The notes: generated from the sequence alone by a model not told the origin. 64,000 nt of DNA from Deltaproteobacteria bacterium (GCA_016180855.1 JACPAL010000018.1:17066-81065), one strand, 5' to 3'. Positions 17,829 through 27,697 are shown, counted from the first letter of the stretch. Program-made: numbers and translations.

Positions 17829-20063
17829 TCATCCAACATCGGACAGGGCGAGTCTCTCCTTCCATCGTCGAAGGAGTTCCTGCTTAAGCAGGGAATGCGA
17901 CAGAAGCCCCGGGTCGTTGTCGATTAACTGAAACGCCTCTTCGCGGGCGACTTTTAAAATCGGATAGTCCCGAAGCAGATTGGCCACACGAAGATCCGGC
18001 AGCCCTGATTGGCGCGTCCCCAGAAAATCCCCCGCCCCACGGATCTTTAAATCCTCCTCGGCGATCCGGAAACCGTCATTCGTCGCGCACATCACCTCAA
18101 GACGGCGGTAGGCATTCTCTGTCTTGCGGTAGTCGCTCACCAGGAGACAGCTCCCGGCCTTCACCCCCCTCCCAATCCTGCCCCGCAACTGATGAAGCTG
18201 CGATAGCCCGAACCGATCGGCATGTTCGATCACCATGAGTGTTGCGTTGGGGACATCGACACCGACTTCAATGACGGTCGTGGAGACGAGAAGATCGACC
18301 TCTCCGGCACGAAACTTCCTGAAAATAGTCTCCTTCTCATCGGCCACAATCCGTCCATGAAGGAGCGCAATACGGTGTTCCGGAAGGATCTTCTTCAACT
18401 CCTCACACATCTGCGTCGCGTCCTTGAGTGCCAGTTTCTCGCTCTCTTCAATGAGGGGATAGACGACATACCCCTGCTCCTTCCGCTCCAGGGCCTCACG
18501 AATTATACCGTAGAGCATCCCGCGGTTTCGTGACTCAATAATCTGGGTTCTCGTCGGCTGTCGTCCCGGCGGCATCTCATCAATAATGGAGAGATCAAGA
18601 TCCCCATAAACGGTCATCGCAAGCGTGCGGGGGATCGGTGTTGCGGTCATCACAAGCACATCCGGAACAAGCGATCCCTCCTCCCCCTTCTGACGGAGCG
18701 CCATTCGTTGCAACACACCAAAGCGGTGTTGCTCATCAATAATCACGAGACCCAACTTTGCAAACTGCACCCCGTCTGAAATCAGGGCATGAGTCCCGAT
18801 AACGAGTGAAAAGAGGCCACGCCGGATGCGGGAGCGATTCCGTTCCTTCTCCAAGGCGGTCTGCGATCCGAGCAAGAGACCAGCCGGAATCTTGAACGGG
18901 GCGAGAATTTTCTGGGCGGTCCGGCAGTGCTGTTCGGCCAAGATTTCGGTTGGGGCCATCAAGGCAACCTGATAACCGTTTTCAATCGCCGCCACCGCGG
19001 CCAGGAGGGAGACGATCGTTTTGCCGCTGCCGACATCCCCCTGCAGAAGCCGGTTCATCGGGGCACCCCTCCCCATATCAGAGTAAATTTCATTGAGGGC
19101 CTGTCTCTGCGCCTTTGTGAGATCGAACGGCAGCTGGCCTTGCCAATCCGCCCGTCTTGTCTCTTCGATGGTAAAGGGGATCCCCGGCTCGCCTCTCGCC
19201 TGACGTCTCTTCAGGGCGAGTCCCAGTTCCATCAGGAAAAACTCCTCAAAAATTTCGCGGTAATGCCCGGCGGAACGGCCATTGTTCAACTCCTCCACAG
19301 AGGAATCCGGCGCTGGAAAATGAATCCCATAGAGTGCCTCCTTCTTGGGAACAAGCCGACGCCTTGTCCTTAGTTCTTCCGGGAGTGGATCTGAAAAGGA
19401 GGCCCGTTCGAAACAGTTTCGGATCACTTTACGAACTGTTTTTTGTCCCAATCCGGAAATTTGTGAATAGGTCGGGATAATCCCTGGCGCAGCCACCTCG
19501 TCTAGAAGATCCGCCTCCAGCAACTCCACCTGGGGATGCACAAATTGAGGTTCGCCGCGATAAAGGGTCACCTCACCGGAGACGAGTAGCGCTTGTCCCT
19601 TTTGAAACCGCCCCTTCATCTGTTGGGGATAAAAATGAAACCATTTGAGGGAGACCGCCCCCGTCTCGTCCCCCAGAAGAACCTCAAAGAGCCTCCTCTT
19701 GCTTCGGCCAAAGAACAGAAGCCCCGACGACAGGACGCGCCCGACAACGGACGCCTGCCCCACTTTGAGGTTTCGTATCGATTCGAGCCTACTCCGATCC
19801 AGATATTTGTAGGGGAAAAAATAGAGGAGATCCTCTGCCGTCTGGATCCCCTTTTGGAGAAAGAGCTCCGCAATCCTCGGCCCCACACCAGGGATAAACC
19901 GGATTGGAATCTCTGCTATGTTATGGGACGGCCGGCTTGGAGGGAGCGGAACTGGGGCTCGTCCCGGTGAGGGATTGACGTTCAAGGATCTTGAACTCGA
20001 CGCGACGGTTCCGGGCCCTTCCCTCTTCCGTATCATTGGTATCTCTCGGTTCAGATTCACCAT
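17829..20063 (-). CDS. recG: ATP-dependent DNA helicase RecG
   Basis: Walker A GDVGSGKT, DEQH box, TATPIPRT and QLRGRIGRG motifs. The annotated ATG (20063) overlaps the upstream ompA-like gene by 143 nt, so the true start may be internal (ATG 20036 or TTG about 19985). Confidence 0.85.
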   Translation of the reverse strand: MVNLNREIPMIRKREGPGTVASSSRSLNVNPSPGRAPVPLPPSRPSHNIAEIPIRFIPGVGPRIAELFLQKGIQTAEDLLYFFPYKYLDRSRLESIRNLKVGQASVVGRVLSSGLLFFGRSKRRLFEVLLGDETGAVSLKWFHFYPQQMKGRFQKGQALLVSGEVTLYRGEPQFVHPQVELLEADLLDEVAAPGIIPTYSQISGLGQKTVRKVIRNCFERASFSDPLPEELRTRRRLVPKKEALYGIHFPAPDSSVEELNNGRSAGHYREIFEEFFLMELGLALKRRQARGEPGIPFTIEETRRADWQGQLPFDLTKAQRQALNEIYSDMGRGAPMNRLLQGDVGSGKTIVSLLAAVAAIENGYQVALMAPTEILAEQHCRTAQKILAPFKIPAGLLLGSQTALEKERNRSRIRRGLFSLVIGTHALISDGVQFAKLGLVIIDEQHRFGVLQRMALRQKGEEGSLVPDVLVMTATPIPRTLAMTVYGDLDLSIIDEMPPGRQPTRTQIIESRNRGMLYGIIREALERKEQGYVVYPLIEESEKLALKDATQMCEELKKILPEHRIALLHGRIVADEKETIFRKFRAGEVDLLVSTTVIEVGVDVPNATLMVIEHADRFGLSQLHQLRGRIGRGVKAGSCLLVSDYRKTENAYRRLEVMCATNDGFRIAEEDLKIRGAGDFLGTRQSGLPDLRVANLLRDYPILKVAREEAFQLIDNDPGLLSHSLLKQELLRRWKERLALSDVG

Positions 20064-21330
20064 ACCCTTTGGCGGTCAGACGACCCTCTTGAACACCATG
20101 GTCAACGAGAAAGCGCTTCACCGCCTCAGCACGCTTCCCCGACAGTTTAAGGTTGTAAGTCTCATCTCCCTTGTTGTCTGTATGCCCACCGATTTCTACC
20201 TTAAGGATTTCAGGATGGTTCTTCAAGGTCTCAATAATCGCATCGAGGATATCCTGTGAGACCTCGCGAATCGACTCCTTCCCATGTTCAAAGTGGATCT
20301 TCTTCTTGATCTCAATCTCCTTCTCGCCGATCTCAACGAGGGACGATTCCGCAGGGGGAGGTGGGGGGGGCGGAGGTGTCGCCTCCACTTTCGGTTCCTT
20401 TTTTTGGGCGACCTTCTTTTTTCTTGTCTGACCTTGGGTATAGGCAACTCCCCCAATGATTCGATAGAACGGACTGCCATAGCTGTTAATGACACCCGCA
20501 GTGACTCCGGCTGAAAGGGCGAGCCCTGGCAAAGGTGGAATCCTGAAACGGATGCCACCCCCTCCTTCGAGCGGCGACTCCGATTCACGATCATACGGTC
20601 TCTTCAAGAGAAAGGAGCTATTGAGCTCGCCGATGAGATCAATCCAGTCAACGGTCTTGATCTTCAACCCGACTCCGATCGGGATGTAATCGTCCCTCTC
20701 GGTCACGGTACCCGGGAAAATAAATCCACTCCGGGCCATCAGTCCCAGATTGAACGACATCTCAGCCCTGTCAAGAAACTCACCATCCAGAACAAGCAGA
20801 CCGCCTCCCGAGAAGGTTCCATCCGCCGCAAATTGATCCTCATTCCCTGTCGGGATCGAAAGGATCGGCACAATCGCAAAACCGACATCATAATCCTTGA
20901 GGTCCACCAATCGGAATTTCATCTGAATGCGAAGATCCCCCAGACCGCGACTCGTCGTTCGTGTGACGTTGTTACTGTCGGCGGTCAGACGGGTGAGGCT
21001 CGTTGCATCATTAAAGAGGACGACCGGCAGGACAACACTAAACTCCAGCCAATCGGTCAAACCAGCCGCAACGCCGATGTCCGTCATCCAGAGATTGTCG
21101 ACCATCGGGACATTGGTCACCCCTCGAAGGAGCGGCTGATGGGCATAGTTGATCCCGACCCCGCCGTGAAACTGCCACTGTCCAAGCCCGCGCGATGAGA
21201 GAACCGAAAAGTAGGAGCCCGGCCCGATCGATGGTTTGAAATTTTCGACCGAAGCGCCGATATCAGCCCAGGAAAATCGGGCCAGCAAGAGGAGAAGAGG
21301 CAAAGTACGGATCACCCGTCGATGAGGCAT
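19921..21330 (-). CDS. OmpA-family outer-membrane protein (N-terminal beta-barrel, poly-Pro linker, C-terminal OmpA_C peptidoglycan-binding domain)
   Basis: Signal peptide, P8 linker and C-terminal motif NLKLSGKRAEAVKRFL...RRVEF. Confidence 0.75.
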   Translation of the reverse strand: MPHRRVIRTLPLLLLLARFSWADIGASVENFKPSIGPGSYFSVLSSRGLGQWQFHGGVGINYAHQPLLRGVTNVPMVDNLWMTDIGVAAGLTDWLEFSVVLPVVLFNDATSLTRLTADSNNVTRTTSRGLGDLRIQMKFRLVDLKDYDVGFAIVPILSIPTGNEDQFAADGTFSGGGLLVLDGEFLDRAEMSFNLGLMARSGFIFPGTVTERDDYIPIGVGLKIKTVDWIDLIGELNSSFLLKRPYDRESESPLEGGGGIRFRIPPLPGLALSAGVTAGVINSYGSPFYRIIGGVAYTQGQTRKKKVAQKKEPKVEATPPPPPPPPAESSLVEIGEKEIEIKKKIHFEHGKESIREVSQDILDAIIETLKNHPEILKVEIGGHTDNKGDETYNLKLSGKRAEAVKRFLVDHGVQEGRLTAKGYGESEPRDTNDTEEGRARNRRVEFKILERQSLTGTSPSSAPSKPAVP

Positions 21331-21371
21331 GTCGGCCTGTTTCTAGCAGGGGAAAAATAAAAAACAAGAAT

Positions 21372-21716
21372 TTAAAATTCGAAGGCCGGACGTGGCCGAT
21401 GGGCCTTTGTCAGCATCCTGTTAGCCCCTGACTCCTTCCTGTAACAGCTGGAGAGGAACAGCGATGATCTACTGAAGCAGTTCATTGTTATCCGCCTCCG
21501 CCAGAAAACCCTGCCGTCTTGCGGAAGGGAGCTCCATTTTTTGGATCTCTCCCGCTTTTTCTCTTCGATAATCTGCAGCAGATAATTCACATTCTGCTCG
21601 TTTAACGACTTAAGGAGTCGACGCGCCCCTTCAATGATCGGCTCCTCACCTCTGCATCTGGTAACAACCTTCATTTTCATGAACGGTAGGATAAGGGACC
21701 CGTCACTCCAAATCAA
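21372..21716 (-). pseudogene. in-frame-deleted remnant of a second small-protein + nucleotidyltransferase module
   Basis: The N-terminal MKMKVVTRCRGEEPIIEGARRLLKSLNEQ is paralogous to the 75-aa ORF at 22187-22414 (MKIVTKRKGRENPIEDARILQKTLNQ). It is fused directly to NVNYLLQIIEEKKRERSKK, which is paralogous to the C-terminal tail DINYLLRIIEEENREKSKK of the 168-aa NTase. Confidence 0.45.
21395..21424. repeat. solo family-1 terminal repeat (gatgggcctttgtcagcatcctgTTAG)
   Basis: Matches the right end of the 47841-47995 copy. No left partner found. Confidence 0.55.
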
Positions 21717-21737
21717 ACCTTCCTCGCGATCGGGCCC

Positions 21738-22244
21738 CTACTTTTTCGATTTCTCACGATTCTCTTCTTCAATGATCCTGAGGAGGTAGTTGATATCCAT
21801 TTTGTCCGACGGACGGATCGTGTTTTTAGTTCTGATCAATGTCTGTTTTCCAACAACGGGAATCCTCACACCATCAAGCTCTACCCATTGAAGGGACCGT
21901 TTTGCCTCGTCAAAAGTGACCCCGCATGCAGAAGCTAACAAATCAACTACGTACTCGTCTCCAATCCTAACCACTGTGTATCGTTGGACATCATCATCCT
22001 CAATCTCATGTGCGGCATTATCTGGTAAATGACCCATCGCCTCTTTGATTTTTTTTATATTTTCTGTCGAAGGATCAACGAGCAGATCGATATCTTTTGT
22101 GGTGCGAGCAGCACCGTGCAGGATAACGGCAAATCCGCCAATAACGGCGTATTTTGCCCCACGCTCGTTTAGGTATCGGCAAAGATCTACAAGGTCTTCA
22201 AGCTTCGGCGCACGTGAGTTCTTGCGATCATTTTGGTCATCCAT
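21738..22244 (-). CDS. nucleotidyltransferase-fold protein (MNT/AbiEii-like)
   Basis: VIGGFAVILHGAARTTKDIDLLV matches the pol-beta NTase hG[GS]...D[IL]D pattern. 168 aa. Confidence 0.5.
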   Translation of the reverse strand: MDDQNDRKNSRAPKLEDLVDLCRYLNERGAKYAVIGGFAVILHGAARTTKDIDLLVDPSTENIKKIKEAMGHLPDNAAHEIEDDDVQRYTVVRIGDEYVVDLLASACGVTFDEAKRSLQWVELDGVRIPVVGKQTLIRTKNTIRPSDKMDINYLLRIIEEENREKSKK

Positions 22245-22414
22245 TCGTCCGCTTCCTCAAATGTTTTGAATCGATAGACTCCTCTTGGAACAAGGGCATC
22301 ACCACGAATCTGATTCAGTGTTTTCTGCAAGATCCGCGCATCTTCAATCGGGTTTTCACGACCCTTTCGCTTGGTCACAATCTTCATCGTCATGTCCAGA
22401 GAATAAGGTAGCAC
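22187..22414 (-). CDS. small partner protein (75 aa) of the nucleotidyltransferase, possible antitoxin-like component
   Basis: Sits immediately upstream of the NTase and overlaps it by 58 nt. A paralogous N-terminal segment survives in the downstream remnant, which argues that it is a real gene. Confidence 0.4.
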   Translation of the reverse strand: MLPYSLDMTMKIVTKRKGRENPIEDARILQKTLNQIRGDALVPRGVYRFKTFEEADEWMTKMIARTHVRRSLKTL

Positions 22415-22424
22415 CTCTTCGAAG

Positions 22425-24074
22425 TCAAACCTTCCTCGCCATCGGGTGCCTCCGTCCCATTCCGAACGCCTTTGAGGTCACTCGAATGCCAGGCGCTGCC
22501 TGGCGCCGCTTGTATTCATTCTGGTCGACACGACGGATAACCCAACGAACTGTCATTTTTGGGAAACCAAGCGCGACGATTTCATCCTCTGACTTCTGTT
22601 CTTCAACATAAGCCTTCAAAATCGAATCCAAAACCTCATAAGGAGGGAGGGTATCCTGATCGGTCTGATTTGGCCTAAGCTCGGCTGTCGGGGCCTTGGC
22701 AAAAATTCTCTCAGGGATAACCTCCTGCCTTCTGTTGATCCAACGAGAGAGCTGATAGACCATCTGCTTTGGAAGATCGGAAAGTGCGGCCAGTCCGCCA
22801 CTCATATCACCGTAGAGGGTACAATAACCGACCGCCAACTCTGATTTGTTACCCGTCGTCAAGACCAGGTAACCATGACGATTGGAAAGGGTCATGAGGA
22901 GATTACCGCGAATCCGTGCCTGAAGGTTTTCATCCGCAAGATCGGGAGATTTGTCCACACGCCGGAACAGTTGACGATAGGAGCGGTAAACCGAGTTAAT
23001 GGAAATCAGTTGTGATGAAATCCCCAGATTTTTGATCAGTTTTTTTGCATCCTCAAGGCTCTCATGACCGGTATAAGGAGACGGCATGACAACACCGAGG
23101 ACATTCTTTGGCCCCAACGCCTTTGCCGCTAGCGTTGCTGTGAGCGCCGAATCAATCCCTCCGGAAATCCCCAGCGCCACCTTTTTGAAACCACATTTTT
23201 TGGCATAATCCCTGATTCCTAACAGGAGGGCATGAAAGAGCGATTCCAAATCTTCCATCGCCTCCAATTCCCCCTCGCCCCCATTGGGGGGATTTTGCAT
23301 ATCGACAATCACCAGGTCCTCCTGAAACGCCTTCCCGCTGGCGATCACCTCCCCTTGCGCACTGATGGCAAGGGATCTCCCATCAAAAACAAGCTCATCA
23401 TTTCCGCCGACAAGATTTACAAAAAAGAGGGGGAGGCGGTGTCGGACCGCATGGGCACGAAGAAGCTCCTCCCTCATCTTCTCCTTCCCTACGGAATAAG
23501 GGGAGCAGGAGAGATTTAAAAAAAAATCCGCGCCGGATTTGGCCTGTTCTTCCAAAGGGTCTTTGGAATAAAGACGCCTCTGCCAAAGCCGCTCGTCGCT
23601 CCAGTAGTCTTCACAAATGGAGATCCCTATCTTTTGATGCCAAGACCAGAGACCGGTTTCGGTCCCCGGTTCAAAATAGCGGGTCTCGTCAAAGACATCA
23701 TAGCTCGGCAGAAGATTCTTGAAGTAGTGTCCACGAATCTGCCCCCCCTCCAGGAGGGCCGCCGCATTAAAGAGAGATTTTCCACTCCCTCCCCGGTTCC
23801 TCTCCAGATACCCGACAACGACAGCAATCCCGGTGGCTGAGGAGGCTATGAGATCCAACGCCTGGAGATTTTTTTCGATGAACGACGGCCTCTCCAGAAG
23901 ATCACGTGGCGGATAACCGGTCGTTGTCATCTCCGGAAAGGCGATCAGATCAACTTTTTTTTCTTTCGCACGATGGACGAAAGAGACAACCTTCTTAACC
24001 GTGGCCTGAAAATCGCCAATCCTCGTGTTGATCTGGGCCAGTGCTATTTTCACAAAACACCTGATGCCTTCCAA
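22425..24074 (-). CDS. nadE: glutamine-dependent NAD+ synthetase
   Basis: N-terminal nitrilase/CN-hydrolase domain plus NAD synthetase P-loop GISGGIDSALTATLAA. Confidence 0.9.
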   Translation of the reverse strand: MEGIRCFVKIALAQINTRIGDFQATVKKVVSFVHRAKEKKVDLIAFPEMTTTGYPPRDLLERPSFIEKNLQALDLIASSATGIAVVVGYLERNRGGSGKSLFNAAALLEGGQIRGHYFKNLLPSYDVFDETRYFEPGTETGLWSWHQKIGISICEDYWSDERLWQRRLYSKDPLEEQAKSGADFFLNLSCSPYSVGKEKMREELLRAHAVRHRLPLFFVNLVGGNDELVFDGRSLAISAQGEVIASGKAFQEDLVIVDMQNPPNGGEGELEAMEDLESLFHALLLGIRDYAKKCGFKKVALGISGGIDSALTATLAAKALGPKNVLGVVMPSPYTGHESLEDAKKLIKNLGISSQLISINSVYRSYRQLFRRVDKSPDLADENLQARIRGNLLMTLSNRHGYLVLTTGNKSELAVGYCTLYGDMSGGLAALSDLPKQMVYQLSRWINRRQEVIPERIFAKAPTAELRPNQTDQDTLPPYEVLDSILKAYVEEQKSEDEIVALGFPKMTVRWVIRRVDQNEYKRRQAAPGIRVTSKAFGMGRRHPMARKV

Positions 24075-25084
24075 TGCCTGATCTGCCTTGTTCCAAAACC
24101 AAGTGATCTAAGAATTTTAACGTTGTCCCTCCCCATAGTGGGAAGTTTCTTTCTCCTGGAAACCCCGCACGCCTCTCCAACATCAAAAACAGGTGAGAGG
24201 CAAAAATCAAATTTTCTCTCCAAACGCTCCCACTCATTCATTCGCCGGGAACTAAAAATTTTGGCAAGCCCCGTTCCATGTCTCTGCCTCACTCTGTTGA
24301 CTCCCTGACCAATGGCACCCGAAAAATTTCTGATAAATTTGGGCTCCAGGGGGGCAAAGGCGATATGCCGCTGATCTTTGGTTTTATACACACGATAATG
24401 GGGGAGTTTTTTTAGGGGGTTAATAACCCCCTCAGAAGAACAACCGGTTGCCCGGTACAGACACGCCATCTCTTTTCCCGATTCTTCCAGAGAAATGTCC
24501 AACCATTCCCCGCGGCCTGTCCGCTGGCGCCCCAGCAAGGCGGCTAGAATGCTTGAGACCGCCCGATAACCAGCCACCAGATCGGTGATCTGAAAATCGG
24601 GGATCACCGGCTTTCCCTTCGCATCATGAATCAGAGAGAGAAGCCCTGAAAGGGCAAGATAATTCAGGTCATGACCCGCCAGGCGTCTGTTCCGCCCCTT
24701 TTGTCCACTGCCACTAATAGAGCAAAGAATGATCCGCCGATGAGACCGCCGAAGGTTCCGATAAGAAAGATCCAGTTTTGCGAGTATCCCGGGTCGAAAA
24801 TTTTCAATGAGAACATCCGCACGCCGGACCAGTTTCTCAAAGATTTTTTTCCCGCAGGGATGTTTGAGGTTCAGTGTCAAAAACTCCTTTCCCTCGTGAA
24901 GCTCCTGAAAATGCCCCAGATCGACAAATTCCTTTCCCCCGGTCAGGGCACGGTAGTAGTCACCCACATCCGGTTGTTCCACCTTGATGACGCGAGCACC
25001 AAGCCTTTTAAGAAGAAGAGAGGCAAAACCACCCGGAAGGAGGCGGGAGATGTCGATAACCGTAATGCCCTTGAGAGGTTTCAA
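24050..25084 (-). CDS. CoA-transferase family III (CaiB/BaiF-like) protein
   Basis: LKGITVIDISRLLPGGFASLLL...VIKVEQP N-terminal signature. Start set to the TTG at 25084, which forms a TTGA overlap with the SCP2 gene stop. The ORF track runs to 25219. Confidence 0.7.
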   Translation of the reverse strand: MKPLKGITVIDISRLLPGGFASLLLKRLGARVIKVEQPDVGDYYRALTGGKEFVDLGHFQELHEGKEFLTLNLKHPCGKKIFEKLVRRADVLIENFRPGILAKLDLSYRNLRRSHRRIILCSISGSGQKGRNRRLAGHDLNYLALSGLLSLIHDAKGKPVIPDFQITDLVAGYRAVSSILAALLGRQRTGRGEWLDISLEESGKEMACLYRATGCSSEGVINPLKKLPHYRVYKTKDQRHIAFAPLEPKFIRNFSGAIGQGVNRVRQRHGTGLAKIFSSRRMNEWERLERKFDFCLSPVFDVGEACGVSRRKKLPTMGRDNVKILRSLGFGTRQIRHWKASGVL

Positions 25085-25401
25085 AAAATTTTTTGTAGCT
25101 TGAGGGCCTGTCCCATATTCCCCTGGACCTTGAGCTTGCCCGTCATAAAGGCCATTTGGGGGTTGAGCTGACCCGAGATCATTTTTAAAAAGTTTTCGTC
25201 GGAGATCTTGATCGTACACGTCGCCTTGTCAGAGATCCCTGACTGAATCGTTCCCCCCGGCACAGTCAAATCAAGGGTCCAACAACCACCCTGATCTCCC
25301 GAAATATCAAACTGATAGATCGCGTTGATTTGAGAGAGGCTCTCCCTCCTCGTCTCAAGATTTTGGGGGATCTGTTTCTCAAAATATTCCTTTGGTGTCA
25401 T
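25081..25401 (-). CDS. SCP2 sterol-binding-domain protein
   Basis: C-terminal MAFMTGKLKVQGNMGQALKL motif typical of SCP-2. Confidence 0.7.
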   Translation of the reverse strand: MTPKEYFEKQIPQNLETRRESLSQINAIYQFDISGDQGGCWTLDLTVPGGTIQSGISDKATCTIKISDENFLKMISGQLNPQMAFMTGKLKVQGNMGQALKLQKIF

Positions 25402-25418
25402 ACATCCTCCTTAAAAAG

Positions 25419-25799
25419 TCAGGCCAGTCCTGCTTGTTTTTCGGCCATCTCGCCCAAATAGGGGACCTTCCACCGCTCCCCCTGGTACGCCTTGATCATT
25501 GAAATAATCCAGAGGACCATGGCCAGTAGGACAAGAAACGGAATCAAGAGGCCGAACGTCCAACCCAAAAATCCGGCAACCAACCCCATCATCCACGAAA
25601 GAATCGCCAGAAAAAAATAGGAGGCCCAAAAGCAGAGCGACAGAAGAAGGGACTGCCAAACATGAAATTGGATCTCCTTGTTCTCCTTCTCCAGAAACAT
25701 GAAGACGAGACTGGTGAATGGACTAGCAATATAACAAAGCATACCGGCAATATTTGGCGCCAGACCGGTCCCCTTGGTTCCCTCAATCCCACTCGACAT
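25419..25799 (-). CDS. DUF4870-family small membrane protein
   Basis: NIAGMLCYIASPFTSLVFMFLEKENKEIQFHVWQS signature and three TM helices. Confidence 0.55.
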   Translation of the reverse strand: MSSGIEGTKGTGLAPNIAGMLCYIASPFTSLVFMFLEKENKEIQFHVWQSLLLSLCFWASYFFLAILSWMMGLVAGFLGWTFGLLIPFLVLLAMVLWIISMIKAYQGERWKVPYLGEMAEKQAGLA

Positions 25800-25810
25800 A
25801 TAGGTCCACC

Positions 25811-27571
25811 CTATTCCCTGTAAAGTTGCGACAGGACATCCTTGTACTTCTCACTCACAAACCTTCTCTTCACCTTGAGCGTTGGGGTCAACTCTCCCGA
25901 CTCCTGGCTGAAATCTCCCTCCAAAATGGCAAATTTTTTGATCGTTTCAAAACTTGCCAATTTTCTGTTCTTCTCTTCAATTGATTTCTGGATCAAGGCG
26001 TAAATCTTAGGATGCCGGGTCAGTTCACTAAAATCGCCAAATGAAATTCCTGTGGAATGCGCATACTTCTCCACCTGATCACGATTGAGCGTCACGAGGG
26101 CCGAGAGGTACTTCCGTTTGTCCCCATGAACAACGACCTGACTGATGTAAGGAACCATTTTGAGTATGTTCTCAATATTCTGCGGTGCTACATTCTTCCC
26201 GCCAGCCGTTACAATGATATCCTTCTTCCGATCGGTAATTTTTAGGAAGCCATCCATATCAAATTCACCAATATCCCCCGTGTGAAACCAGCCGTCTGGT
26301 GTCAACACCTCACGGGTCGCCTCCGGTTTTTTGTAGTACCCCTGAAAAATCACCGGTCCACGAACCAGAATTTCGCCATCGGGGGCGATCTTCTCCTCAA
26401 CCCCCTCAACCACCGGCCCCACAAAACCAAACTTGAAGCCGTCTGGCCGATTGCAGTTGATCGCTGCCGTTGTCTCCGTAAGACCATACCCTTCGAGGAT
26501 CAGAATCCCGGCCGCGTCGAAAAATTCACCGATCTCCTGGGAGAGCGGTGCTCCTCCTGAAATCGTAAAGAGAACCCTCCCGCCCAACCGGGCCTTGAGC
26601 TTCTTAAAGACAAGGAGAGAGGCAAGCTTATGTTGGAATTGCAAAAGAAGGGGAAGTCGCTTTCTCTGCTGACGACGCTGACTCACGTCACGCCCAACGG
26701 AGGTGGCCCAGTGGAAGATCCACTGCTTGAGCTTGGAGCCTGATTTGACCTGCGCATGAATCCGTTCGTAGACCTTTTCGAAAATCCTTGGCACCGCCAC
26801 AAAGAAGTGCGGCCGAATCTCGGCCAGATTATCAACCAGCTTCTCAATGCTTTCCGCATAGGCCTGAACAAATCCAACCTTCAGATGGAAGAACTGGAGG
26901 GCACGAGCCACAATATGGGCGAGCGGCAAAAAGAGAAGGCTCTCATAATTTTGTTCGATCTTGAGAACCTTTTCCAGAGACCCTACCTCAGCCATAAAAT
27001 TTTTGTGGGTCAGGATCACTCCCTTGGGATTACCGGTCGTCCCGGAGGTATAAACATAAGTGGCCACATCGGTGGACTTGATCTGCTCAACCCCTTTTCT
27101 CCAGGAGGCCTGATCCCCCCTCTGGATCATGATCTCCGACCAGGTCACGACTGATTTTCCTGACGATTGGCCGGAAATGAGCAAGACCGAAACTGTTTTG
27201 TTCTCGGAACGAACCTTCTTCAGGAGATCGAGATTTTCGACAATTACAACCCCCGCCTCCGAATCTTTAATAATATAAGCGGCCTGCTCCACGGTGTTGG
27301 ACTGGTAAATCGGGACCGTAATCGCACCGATGGAGAGGATTCCTAAATCGGATAAGGTCCATTCCACCCGGGTGGAGGAATAAAGGGCAACGGCATCCCC
27401 TTTTTTAACCCCGATCGACTGAAGACCACAGCCAATCTTCATGACCCGCTCTGCAGCCTCAATCCAGGAAAGTGCCTTCCAGACCTCTCCCTCCTTGTAC
27501 CGAAAACAGGGCTTGCTTTTCAACAACTCGGCGGTTTTTAGAAATATCTGGACAAGATTTCGCTCCGACAT
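25811..27571 (-). CDS. long-chain-fatty-acid--CoA ligase (AMP-binding)
   Basis: AMP-binding motif YTSGTTGNPKGV and a FadD-like C-terminus. Confidence 0.8.
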   Translation of the reverse strand: MSERNLVQIFLKTAELLKSKPCFRYKEGEVWKALSWIEAAERVMKIGCGLQSIGVKKGDAVALYSSTRVEWTLSDLGILSIGAITVPIYQSNTVEQAAYIIKDSEAGVVIVENLDLLKKVRSENKTVSVLLISGQSSGKSVVTWSEIMIQRGDQASWRKGVEQIKSTDVATYVYTSGTTGNPKGVILTHKNFMAEVGSLEKVLKIEQNYESLLFLPLAHIVARALQFFHLKVGFVQAYAESIEKLVDNLAEIRPHFFVAVPRIFEKVYERIHAQVKSGSKLKQWIFHWATSVGRDVSQRRQQRKRLPLLLQFQHKLASLLVFKKLKARLGGRVLFTISGGAPLSQEIGEFFDAAGILILEGYGLTETTAAINCNRPDGFKFGFVGPVVEGVEEKIAPDGEILVRGPVIFQGYYKKPEATREVLTPDGWFHTGDIGEFDMDGFLKITDRKKDIIVTAGGKNVAPQNIENILKMVPYISQVVVHGDKRKYLSALVTLNRDQVEKYAHSTGISFGDFSELTRHPKIYALIQKSIEEKNRKLASFETIKKFAILEGDFSQESGELTPTLKVKRRFVSEKYKDVLSQLYRE

Positions 27572-27620
27572 CGGACCAATTTATAGGGTTGTCACACAAG
27601 GTTGTCTAGGGGAATTTAGC

Positions 27621-27690
27621 CCTCTCCCCTTGGCCTGCCCTGAGCGAACCTGTCCTGAGCATCGTCGAAGGAGCCGAAGGGCGGGTGAGG
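27621..27690. repeat. family-3 GC-rich palindromic element (C-rich left arm, G-rich right arm, core cctgagc...gtcctgagc...gtcgaagga), intergenic prototype
   Basis: ccctctccccttggcctgccctgagcgaacctgtcctgagcatcgtcgaaggagccgaagggcgggtgagggg, between the yraN stop and the fadD-like start. Confidence 0.7.
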
Positions 27691-27697
27691 GGAAAAA

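Noticed and set aside
17639-17927. ORFs of 82 and 86 aa inside the family-2 repeat
   Set aside because: They lie within a MITE-like element that recurs at 37496-37626. The translation differs between copies because of indels.
18222-19373. Plus-strand ORFs (103 and 148 aa) inside recG, and similar antisense ORFs inside rel, valS, smc, ppdK, glyQS and the metalloprotease
   Set aside because: Fully embedded antisense to well-supported conserved genes. No start or RBS context.
24395-24425. Palindrome agggggttaataaccccct inside the CoA-transferase gene (encoding SEGVINPLKK) and ccccctcgcccccattgggggg in the nadE linker (23262-23292) as further in-frame element insertions
   Set aside because: Too short and lacking the shared core of the other families. 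They could simply be local hairpins, so they are noted but not called.
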